Sequence record: SRR2962707_875
Strand: one strand, 5' to 3'
DNA length: 47,012 nucleotides
Position numbers and translations under genes: made by a program
Part shown: one piece after another, positions 22,877 to 30,917 of the stretch
Layout of the letters: the number at the start of each line of letters is the position of its first letter
Numbering within the stretch: position 1 is the first letter of the stretch
The notes under the pieces: model-generated
Seen by the model: only the letters and a program-made list of their open reading frames with translations
Told to the model about the DNA's origin: nothing
The model's database searches: none

Positions 22877-24139
22877 CTAACGAAACCTTACGCGAACGTC
22901 CGTGCCCTTTCCTGGCTGGCTGGCCACGTCCAAATGCCATTCAAATCGCTCACAGAGGCGCTGCACGATAGCCAGCCCCAATCCATAGCCACCCTCACTG
23001 CTGGAACCTCGCTCGAACGGCTTCAAAAGCCGAGCCAGTTCCTCGCGATCCATTCCGGTTCCGGTATCCACCACGTGCACCGCATCCGCGACCACGACCA
23101 GAGTGATACGGCCCGAACCGCTGTAATTGATGGCGTTACGAATCAGGTTGGTGAAGACGATGTTCAGTACCGTTTCCGACGCTTCCAGTGATAACAAGGC
23201 CTTCTGCTTCACCCGGAGATGAATCTGTTTACGCTCCGCCAACGGCTGCAGCCGTTCTATCAGATTCGCCACGACGTCGTTCACCACCAGCGACTCCGAT
23301 GCCGACGGTCGTTGCTCCGTGCGCGCCAGCAGCAATAACGTCTCCACCAGCGCTTCCATATCGTCGACGGTATCCGACATCCTGTCGATCAACGGACGAT
23401 CCCCGACTTGGCGCTCCAACAGTTCCAGATTGGCACGAAACACCGCCAGTGGCGTACGCAGTTCATGGCTGGCATCCCGAGTAAACTGCCGCTCCCGCTC
23501 AACAAAACGCAAAAGGCGGTCGGCATACGCATCCAGCGCGGCGATCAGTACCGATGCTTCACTGCCCGGCTCGGCCTCGACCTGAGTAAAATCCGGTCGT
23601 GCCTGCCGCGGATCAAGCACATTGGCATAGCGCAATGTTTCCGACAGCCGAACCAACGGCGACACCAGTTCCCGGGACTTTCTCCAACCAAGAAAGGAGG
23701 TCAGGTAAATCACCAGCAACACGCCGGTCAGAGGCAAAATACCGAACATGAATGCCAGAACGGATACTCTCTGCTCGTCGAAGATCAGATAAAGCCTGGC
23801 CTCGCCTTTATGTTCTATGTATACCAACGGCTGCTCGCCATCCAGCGTTACCCTCTGATAACCGTCGGGCAATGACAGCAGGATCTCGGGCACCGGATCC
23901 TGGGTTCTCCCATCCACCAGCAGTCCGAGCAAGTGGCGGGTGTTGGGGCGGGGAAAATCCGGGTCGCGCTGATAGAGTTGCCAGTAGTGCTCAGCCTCTT
24001 TCATCAAGGCTTCCTTAACCAGCACATTCTCAATGATTTTCGCCGTGGCCCAGACGCCAAGCACCGTCGCCAGGCTGATAAACAGAATCTGTATCAGAAA
24101 AACCCGGGTGAGCCGGTGCTGGACCCCTTTACGTGTCAT
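22877..24139 (-). CDS. Sensor histidine kinase (ColS-like)
   Basis: Two TM segments; H-box FTRDASHELRTPL, N-box NLIRNA, DTGTG, F-box PFERG, GYGLGLAIV. Start overlaps the upstream methyltransferase stop. Confidence 0.92.
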   Translation of the reverse strand: MTRKGVQHRLTRVFLIQILFISLATVLGVWATAKIIENVLVKEALMKEAEHYWQLYQRDPDFPRPNTRHLLGLLVDGRTQDPVPEILLSLPDGYQRVTLDGEQPLVYIEHKGEARLYLIFDEQRVSVLAFMFGILPLTGVLLVIYLTSFLGWRKSRELVSPLVRLSETLRYANVLDPRQARPDFTQVEAEPGSEASVLIAALDAYADRLLRFVERERQFTRDASHELRTPLAVFRANLELLERQVGDRPLIDRMSDTVDDMEALVETLLLLARTEQRPSASESLVVNDVVANLIERLQPLAERKQIHLRVKQKALLSLEASETVLNIVFTNLIRNAINYSGSGRITLVVVADAVHVVDTGTGMDREELARLLKPFERGSSSEGGYGLGLAIVQRLCERFEWHLDVASQPGKGTDVRVRFR

Positions 24140-25151
24140 CTTGATCCCGACTGAACAAATAATGGCCAACGAACCATTCCTTGCCTTCACCATAGTTGAA
24201 CAGTTCGGCGCAGGCCATGAAAAACATCCGCCAACGCTGTAGCCAGATCACCCCTTCATTGCCGCCGTATAATTCATCCAGTAGTGGAATCAACTCTTCC
24301 CGCTGGCGATCCGTTGCTTCCAACCAGGCCTCGAGGGTACGACCATAGTGGCGGCCATTTATGGCCCAGGACTGTTCCAGGTTGAGCCGATCGGCACAAC
24401 GGGGCAGCCAATCGAAGGACGGCATGACCCCGCCGGTAAAGAAGTAACGCCCCATCCAATTGGCATCACCTTCCGTTTCGAAAAGATATGTCAGCTGCCG
24501 ATGGCAGAATATGTGCACGAACAACTTGCCACCGGGCTTCAACCAATGGTGAATACGGCGGGTCAGCTCACGATGATTACGCATGTGTTCAAACATCTCC
24601 ACCGAGACCACACGATCAAAGTTCCGATCCGGTTGGAACACGGCCACATCAGCGGTGATGACACGAAGATTATCCAGTCCCCGCGCCTTGGCCCGGGCCA
24701 GAATCCATTGCCGTTGCGAGTTTGAATTGCTGACCGCGGTAATACGGCTGTGCGGGTAGCGGTCGGCCATCCACAGGGAAAGCGATCCCCAGCCGCAACC
24801 CAACTCAAGCACCTCCTGACCATCACTGAGATTCGCCCTTTCGCAGGAGAGTGACAGCATTGCTTCCTCCGCCGCGGTCAGATCGTCCACGCCATCCGGC
24901 CAGTATCCGCTGGAGTATTTAAGATGCCGTCCAAGAATCCGCGAATAGAAGCGAGCATCCACCTCGTAGTGCTGTTCATTGGCTTCTCCTTGTGCCACCG
25001 CCACCGGGCCGCCGGAGAGTGTGTCGAGCAGTTGACTCTGTTCGGATCGGCGGGGCTGTTCCCGCCGCAGACGTTTGCCAAGCAAGTAACGAATACCTTG
25101 GCGGACTAGCCTGTCGGGCAACAAGCCGGATTCAGCCAGACGAATCATCAT
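24129..25151 (-). CDS. Cfa-family SAM-dependent methyltransferase (coclaurine N-methyltransferase-like clade)
   Basis: ANEQHYEV, KYSSGYW, VLELGCGWGSL, FDRVVSVEMFEHMRN, FFTGGVMPS, RWRMFFMACAELF. Confidence 0.9.
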   Translation of the reverse strand: MMIRLAESGLLPDRLVRQGIRYLLGKRLRREQPRRSEQSQLLDTLSGGPVAVAQGEANEQHYEVDARFYSRILGRHLKYSSGYWPDGVDDLTAAEEAMLSLSCERANLSDGQEVLELGCGWGSLSLWMADRYPHSRITAVSNSNSQRQWILARAKARGLDNLRVITADVAVFQPDRNFDRVVSVEMFEHMRNHRELTRRIHHWLKPGGKLFVHIFCHRQLTYLFETEGDANWMGRYFFTGGVMPSFDWLPRCADRLNLEQSWAINGRHYGRTLEAWLEATDRQREELIPLLDELYGGNEGVIWLQRWRMFFMACAELFNYGEGKEWFVGHYLFSRDQDDT

Positions 25152-25924
25152 GAGGCGGGCCTCCAGGGGATAAACGGACTGGTAGTACGTTGGTAATCAC
25201 GATAATCCGCGCCACGGGATTTCAGCGCCTGCTTCTCGGTATAGGGAATGCCAGTGACGAACCAGAGAAACAGCAGCATCATTACCGGCAGGCCCCACAG
25301 CCAGACTCCACCTGTCGCACCAACGGCGATCAGTGGATAGCTGAACCAATGCAACCACTCAAAAAAATAGTTGGGGTGCCGTGAGTATCGCCACAGGCCG
25401 TCACGGCAGGTTCGCCCGTGACTGTCGTCTCGCGCCTTGAACCGTGCCAATTGATGATCCGCCAGGGCTTCTCCCCATATCGCCACCAAGCCGATGACGA
25501 CGCCCGCGGCCATCGCCCACGGGGAGAACCTCGGCTGGCCGGCGATGACGTGGAATGGCAGCGCGAAGAGCCAGGCCAGTCCCGCCTGTGCCCAGAACAC
25601 CAAGAGGAATGCAGGCTGCGCACCACGCCCCAGCCGTTCACGCATCGCCCGGTAGCGGCCATCTTCTTGTTCCTCGTTAACCACCCGTTTAAGAATGTGG
25701 CCACCAAGACGCATCGCCCAGACCAGCAACAAGACACCCGCCGCCAGTCTCGGCAGCAACTCACCTTCTCCAACAACAAGGTACGACAACCCGGTCACAC
25801 CGATACCCACACTCCAGGCCACATCCACATAACCCGCGTTCCCCGCCAGCCGCTGAATCCACCATGCCACGGTAAAAGCCAGCAGCAGCATAACCAGGCT
25901 GAATGTCAAAATACTGGAGATCAT
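25148..25924 (-). CDS. DUF1295 family membrane protein (steroid 5-alpha-reductase-like)
   Basis: VDVAWS, EDGRY, EALADHQL, GLWRYSRHPNYFFEW, YRDYQRTTSPFIPW; ATGA coupling at both ends. Confidence 0.88.
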   Translation of the reverse strand: MISSILTFSLVMLLLAFTVAWWIQRLAGNAGYVDVAWSVGIGVTGLSYLVVGEGELLPRLAAGVLLLVWAMRLGGHILKRVVNEEQEDGRYRAMRERLGRGAQPAFLLVFWAQAGLAWLFALPFHVIAGQPRFSPWAMAAGVVIGLVAIWGEALADHQLARFKARDDSHGRTCRDGLWRYSRHPNYFFEWLHWFSYPLIAVGATGGVWLWGLPVMMLLFLWFVTGIPYTEKQALKSRGADYRDYQRTTSPFIPWRPAS

Positions 25925-26463
25925 GGCGCTTTCTCCCATTCACGTCGCGACATGGCCGCCAACAACGGCACCACCGCCGCCCAGAGCAGCGCATAACATA
26001 ATGCCAACGGTAGCCAGCCCAGCGGCGCGCTCGCTGCCCCAAGCCGGATCCCCATGCTCACCGAGACCACACCTCCCACCGCCCCCAGCATGGCGGCCCA
26101 ACGCGGTCGTTGGTGCAACCAGGCCAGTGAATAGTTAAAGCTTACCGCGAAGCCCAGCCATAAACTCCATATCCATGACGGCGGCCACCACGCGCCACCG
26201 CCTGTCGCGTAGCGCAATAATCCGGTGAGCATCAACAGCGGCTCCACTAAAACGCAGCCCAGGGCACCGGCCAACAATAGTCTTGAATCCGACCGCCAAT
26301 TCCTCTCCAGCGCCCAGAGCAGCACCAGCATCACCATCACGACGCTCCAAGCCGGAACCGCCCATTGACGCACGGCCCCGATCACCGCCACCGGCCATAA
26401 CGCCTGCAACCCAATAAAGTTAACCGCTGTCGCGGCAAACGCGCGATTCATGTGTGGCAGCAT
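25921..26463 (-). CDS. DUF2878 family membrane protein
   Basis: NFIGLQALW, PPSWIWSLWLGFA..NYSLAWL, AAMLGAVGG..S...G.RLGA; the family is typical of cfa/photolyase clusters. Start uncertain (26466, 26463 or 26451). Confidence 0.75.
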   Translation of the reverse strand: MLPHMNRAFAATAVNFIGLQALWPVAVIGAVRQWAVPAWSVVMVMLVLLWALERNWRSDSRLLLAGALGCVLVEPLLMLTGLLRYATGGGAWWPPSWIWSLWLGFAVSFNYSLAWLHQRPRWAAMLGAVGGVVSVSMGIRLGAASAPLGWLPLALCYALLWAAVVPLLAAMSRREWEKAP

Positions 26464-26475
26464 CACCCACTCTTC

Positions 26476-26512
26476 GTCAACGGCTCGTGAACCGGCCTCA
26501 CAGCGGATTCAC
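26476..26512. promoter_or_regulatory. Two oppositely oriented YTSAC-N6-TTSAC boxes in a divergent spacer
   Basis: Minus strand 26476-26491 reads TTCAC-GAGCCG-TTGAC; plus strand 26497-26512 reads CTCAC-AGCGGA-TTCAC. Confidence 0.5.
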
Positions 26513-26555
26513 AACCACCATGAAAGAGTGGCGACCATGTACCGAGGAGATCCCC

Positions 26556-27116
26556 ATGACGCGCTTCCTGTGGCCCATCGCCGCTATAACGTTTCTGTCC
26601 GTCACCGGCTGTTTCCACACCCCCGAATCTCCGGGTTATTCTCATCTCTACGAGCAGGCTCTGGCGCAAAAGCGTGGTGTGGCGTCCCCGCCACCGGCGG
26701 CACTGGAGCGTTTTATAGCACTCTACTCCCCGATCAACGCCGACTATATCCGGGAACATCTGGATGAGGTCTATGCGGAGCAGATTTATTTCAACGATAC
26801 TCTCGCCACTTTCTATCGACGTGATGAACTCAAGAAACATATGCTGAAAACCGCCGGCCGGCTTGATGAGATGAAACTCCATGTTCGCAAGATCTGGCGG
26901 GATGAGGATGATGTTTTTCTGCAATGGATCATGGAAACCCATTTCAAGATTCTTGGTCGAAATCGCAGCTCACGTACTATTGGCATCTCTCAGCTTCGCT
27001 TCAATCGGCAGGGCCAGGTCATTTTCCATCAGGATTTTTGGGACAGCAGCCAGGGGCTCGACCAGCACCTACCGATTATTGGCACACTGACGCGGACATT
27101 ACGGGAGCACCCCTGA
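26556..27116 (+). CDS. NTF2/SnoaL-like protein, probable lipoprotein
   Basis: GAGGAG RBS; lipobox-like FLSVTGC; VYAEQIYFND, GISQLRF, VIFHQDFWD, HLPIIG. Confidence 0.75.
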   Translation: MTRFLWPIAAITFLSVTGCFHTPESPGYSHLYEQALAQKRGVASPPPAALERFIALYSPINADYIREHLDEVYAEQIYFNDTLATFYRRDELKKHMLKTAGRLDEMKLHVRKIWRDEDDVFLQWIMETHFKILGRNRSSRTIGISQLRFNRQGQVIFHQDFWDSSQGLDQHLPIIGTLTRTLREHP

Positions 27117-27649
27117 TGTGGCGACGCTTCCGGAAGTCCACTGTGATGTTCGCCGTGGTGCTCTGCCCAATCCTCAGCGCCACTGTTGGCGCGCGGCCAT
27201 TCGATACCATGCCAGTCTGCTCCCAAGCCGAGGTAAAGGCACTTCGATTCATTACCGTTGGCCGGGCTTCCCTGCATCGGCCCGATTGCAACACCACATC
27301 CCCGTTGTCAGCGCCACTTCGCCTTGACTTCACGTATTACCGGGAAATCCCCGGTGATGCCTTCGCCAAAGCAGCTCGCAAGATCATCAAACGCAACCTT
27401 CCCGCTGTCGCCTTTAAGCGTCTGGCGTCACGCATAGACGCTTTCAATGCTGCCTATCAAACGATTCAGGAAGGCGACCGTTATAGCCTTGATTACCATG
27501 CCGATGGCACCCTCGTTCTTCTCCTTAACGGCGAAGCCGTGGCGAGGGAAAAGGGCGACGACTTCGCTAGCGCCTATCTTTCCATCTGGTTTGGTGAACG
27601 TCCTTACTCCGATGCACTTAAAGCCGCGCTTATGGATGTCGGCTCCTGA
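27116..27649 (+). CDS. Chalcone-isomerase-like (Chalcone_3) exported protein
   Basis: TGATG coupling to the upstream gene; signal peptide; GDRYSL, DFASAYLSIWFGERP..LKAALM. Confidence 0.75.
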   Translation: MWRRFRKSTVMFAVVLCPILSATVGARPFDTMPVCSQAEVKALRFITVGRASLHRPDCNTTSPLSAPLRLDFTYYREIPGDAFAKAARKIIKRNLPAVAFKRLASRIDAFNAAYQTIQEGDRYSLDYHADGTLVLLLNGEAVAREKGDDFASAYLSIWFGERPYSDALKAALMDVGS

Positions 27650-28886
27650 GGGGATTCACCTCATCCCGATATTGCTCCCCGATAGCTACCAGATGCACGG
27701 TGCTGATGGCTCTCTCCAAAAAGGCGCCCTGACAGTAACAAAGATAGTAGTTCCACATTCGACAGAAGCGCTCATCGAACCCCATCTCACTGATCTTCGG
27801 CAAGGCGGACACAAAGCGCTCCCGCCAATGTCCCAGGGTGCGGGCGTAGTCCAGGCCAATATCGTGCAATGCCACCGGGACCAGGCGAGTATGGCGGCGC
27901 AAAGCGTCACACATCACCGTGACCGACGGTAGAAAGCCGCCGGGGAAAATGTACCGCTTTATGAAATCCACATTATCCCGCGCGTACTCATAGCGTTGCT
28001 CGGGCACCGTGATCGCCTGTAGGAGCAGCATTCCGTCCGGCTTGAGGAGGTGATCCAGGATTCTGAAGTATCCGCTCAGGTATTGATGCCCCACCGCCTC
28101 GACCATCTCCACGGAGACCACGCGATCATAAGTGCCGGTCAGTTCCCGATAATCGCGCTCCAGCACTTCAATGCGGTTTTCCAGGCCGGCCTTTTTTATT
28201 TCCTCACGAGCGTAATACGCCTGTTCCCGGGACAGTGTCGTGGTCGTTACCCGGACGCCATAATGACGAGCGGCATATATCGCCAATCCGCCCCAGCCGG
28301 TACCGATCTCCAGCAAGTGCATGCCTTCGCGCAGACGCAGGCGGCGGCAGATCAGATCCAGTTTATGCAATGCGGCGGTTTCCAGGTCCGCCTCCGGGTC
28401 GGGGTAGATAGCGCTGGAGTACATCATGCGTGCATCCAGAAACAGAGAAAAAAACGCATTGCCCAGATCGTAATGGGCGGCGATGTTACGGCGCGATCCG
28501 TTCACGGAATTACGATTGGCGAAGTGCAGGGCCTTCAACAGCGGCTTGGCCAGTAGTGCCGTCCCGCTTTCCAGTGACCGGATGACGTTCACGTTGGCCG
28601 CGAAATAGCGCATCACCGCCACCAGATCGGGGCTATCCCAACCACCATCCATATACGCTTCCGCTGCCCCCAGCGCACCGCCGGTCATCATCCGGCGATA
28701 GCAGTCCCAGTCGGAAATATGCAGGCAAGCATCGCCGTTGCCGAAGCGCACCAGAGCACCATCCGGCTCATAAAGAGAAAGACCACCGGCAGGCAGAGCC
28801 GCCAGCCGCCTGTGCACCAGCTTGCGCGCCACTCTCTGCAGCCAGGTCGGATGTCGCATCGTCAATGCCTTATCCGCGTCCATCAT
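27630..28886 (-). CDS. Cfa-family fatty acyl methyltransferase (UfaM/CfaS-like)
   Basis: GAAEAYMDGGW, SRRNIAAHYDLGN, MMYSSA, LEIGTGWGG, VSVEMVEAVG, YIFPGGFLPS, YYLCYC. Confidence 0.92.
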   Translation of the reverse strand: MMDADKALTMRHPTWLQRVARKLVHRRLAALPAGGLSLYEPDGALVRFGNGDACLHISDWDCYRRMMTGGALGAAEAYMDGGWDSPDLVAVMRYFAANVNVIRSLESGTALLAKPLLKALHFANRNSVNGSRRNIAAHYDLGNAFFSLFLDARMMYSSAIYPDPEADLETAALHKLDLICRRLRLREGMHLLEIGTGWGGLAIYAARHYGVRVTTTTLSREQAYYAREEIKKAGLENRIEVLERDYRELTGTYDRVVSVEMVEAVGHQYLSGYFRILDHLLKPDGMLLLQAITVPEQRYEYARDNVDFIKRYIFPGGFLPSVTVMCDALRRHTRLVPVALHDIGLDYARTLGHWRERFVSALPKISEMGFDERFCRMWNYYLCYCQGAFLERAISTVHLVAIGEQYRDEVNPLRSRHP

Positions 28887-29655
28887 GGCTGTTTTCCTCT
28901 TCTCTCAACTCACTTCGCCCGGGATGGGCGTGAAACGGCACCCCTTTTCGCCATAACTTCCAGGCCTGCCAGTAGATGCCCGCCATGGTCCTCAGACTCT
29001 GCGCGCCAAAGCGGTAAATGATCCTCGCCATGGCACCGGCATCGGCGTCGAGCATGCGCATGTTCAAGCCAGCGGCAAACACGACCCGATCATCATCACG
29101 GTCTTCCAACGTTAAGCGCAGATCGGGAAACAACGCGTGAAGACACCAGTGATAACGCAGTGCCATGGGCAAGAATGGAGAAACATGGAAGGTCTTGTCG
29201 TGACAGGCGGTCTGGCCTTGCACGGCGGAGATCAACGGCAGCGGGTAAAAATACCGTTCATGCCAGGGCGTATTCCTCACCTCCGCCAGCATCGCCGCGG
29301 GGCGATCAGCGCCAGGAGGAAAGTGCATATACAGCACCAGTGGATTGAACACAGCGCCGAAAGTGCGCCATTGCCCCAGCATGAAGACCCGGCCCGACGA
29401 CCAATCGAGCCCATGTATCAGAGCCTGTTCACGTACTTTTTCTCCCAGCGGCCGGTCCCGGCCATCGACAAAGTCCCGGTCCCGGAATGTCACCGGGCGC
29501 CAGCGCCGCCCCCACAACTTCTGCCGCCGCAACAGCCGATCCGGTTCGTCCACATTGCACCACACCAGCCATAGCGGATACTGGAAGGCATGCGCCACCG
29601 GCTCCGGGCGACGGTGCCAGACGTGGCCGCGAGCCAGCGCGAAATCCGGAATCAC
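28870..29655 (-). CDS. DUF1365 family protein (UfaO-like)
   Basis: GHVWHRR..PVAHAFQY, FNPLVLY, AEVRNTPWHER, KTFHVSPF, IYWQAWKLWRKG.PF..HP; GTGA coupling. Confidence 0.88.
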   Translation of the reverse strand: MIPDFALARGHVWHRRPEPVAHAFQYPLWLVWCNVDEPDRLLRRQKLWGRRWRPVTFRDRDFVDGRDRPLGEKVREQALIHGLDWSSGRVFMLGQWRTFGAVFNPLVLYMHFPPGADRPAAMLAEVRNTPWHERYFYPLPLISAVQGQTACHDKTFHVSPFLPMALRYHWCLHALFPDLRLTLEDRDDDRVVFAAGLNMRMLDADAGAMARIIYRFGAQSLRTMAGIYWQAWKLWRKGVPFHAHPGRSELREEENSHDGRG

Positions 29656-30917
29656 GGATTCCCCCCGCAGCGGTCAAGCCCCTCAACCACGTCCAGAGCC
29701 GATACCACCCCGTCCTCGTGGAAGCCATTACGGCACCAGGCGCCGCAAAACCAGGTTCGCCGCTTGCCGTTGCGCTGCAAAAGACGCTGGCGTGCGACGA
29801 GCCCTTCCGGGGTGAACACTGGATGGCGAAATACCTGGCGGTGCAACACCGCTTCCTCGCGAATCCGGTCGCCCGCGTTCAGTGTCACACAGAATGTTTC
29901 CGGCGAAGTCAGCCCTTGCAGCAGGTTCATGTTGTAGGTCACTTGCACCGGTTCGGTATCACCCGCTTTCCCCAACAATGCGTTCCAACTGGACCAGGCC
30001 CGCCGCCGGCGGGGCAACAAGCGGATATCGGTATGCAGCACCACATCATTGGCCTGATAGCGCAACGCATCCAGGCATGTCTTCTCCAGCGGGTCCGCAT
30101 CCTCCAGTATTCTCGACACCTGGTCGCTGTGACACGCAAGAATTACCTGATCGAAGCGGCGACATCTCTCTTCCCCCGCCAGCTTCAGGTCCACCCCTGT
30201 GGCATCGCGGCGTACCGATACCACCGGGCGCCCGGTAACCCATTGCGCCGGACATGTTGAACACAACGCTCGCACGTAGCTGCGGGAGCCGCCTGGGATA
30301 ACGTACCATTGCGGCCGACCGCGCAATGACAGTAAGCCGTGATGCTCAAAGAAACGCACGAAAAAGCGGACCGGGAAAGCCTCCATTTGCGCCAGCGAGC
30401 AAGACCAGATGGCACCGCCCATGGGTAGAATGTAGTGCCGCCGGAAAGCATCGCTGTAACCGCGTTCCCGCAAGAACGCCCCCAGTGGTTGTTCGCCTCC
30501 CGGCTCGGCCAGCAACGCCGGAGCCTCCCGATTGAAGCGCAGGATGTCACGCAACAGGTTCCAGTGCCGGGGGCGAACCAGGTTGGCGCGCTGTGCAAAG
30601 AACCCTCCCAGGCCATCACCGCAATATTCCAGCCCGGTGTGCGAATCGGACACCGCGAACCCCATGCGGGTCGGTTGGCGCCCTATTCCCAGCAAGGTCA
30701 GCAAGGCTTCAAAATTCGGGTAAGTACGGTCATTGAATACGATAAAACCCATGTCCACGGCGTAATCACCGTGGTCACGGCGCACGTCCACGGTATAAGT
30801 GTGTCCGCCCAATTGCACTTCCGCTTCGAAAACCGTGACCTGATGACGGGCACCGAGGTACCAGGCCGCGGTCAATCCGGCAATGCCGCCGCCGACAATG
30901 GCAATACTCTGACTCAT
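29652..30917 (-). CDS. FAD-dependent oxidoreductase/desaturase (UfaD-like)
   Basis: IVGGGIAGL, LGGHT, VDMGFIVFNDRTYPNF, LACHSDQ, AWSSWN, TYNMNLLQ, WFCGAW..NGFHEDG. Confidence 0.9.
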   Translation of the reverse strand: MSQSIAIVGGGIAGLTAAWYLGARHQVTVFEAEVQLGGHTYTVDVRRDHGDYAVDMGFIVFNDRTYPNFEALLTLLGIGRQPTRMGFAVSDSHTGLEYCGDGLGGFFAQRANLVRPRHWNLLRDILRFNREAPALLAEPGGEQPLGAFLRERGYSDAFRRHYILPMGGAIWSCSLAQMEAFPVRFFVRFFEHHGLLSLRGRPQWYVIPGGSRSYVRALCSTCPAQWVTGRPVVSVRRDATGVDLKLAGEERCRRFDQVILACHSDQVSRILEDADPLEKTCLDALRYQANDVVLHTDIRLLPRRRRAWSSWNALLGKAGDTEPVQVTYNMNLLQGLTSPETFCVTLNAGDRIREEAVLHRQVFRHPVFTPEGLVARQRLLQRNGKRRTWFCGAWCRNGFHEDGVVSALDVVEGLDRCGGNP

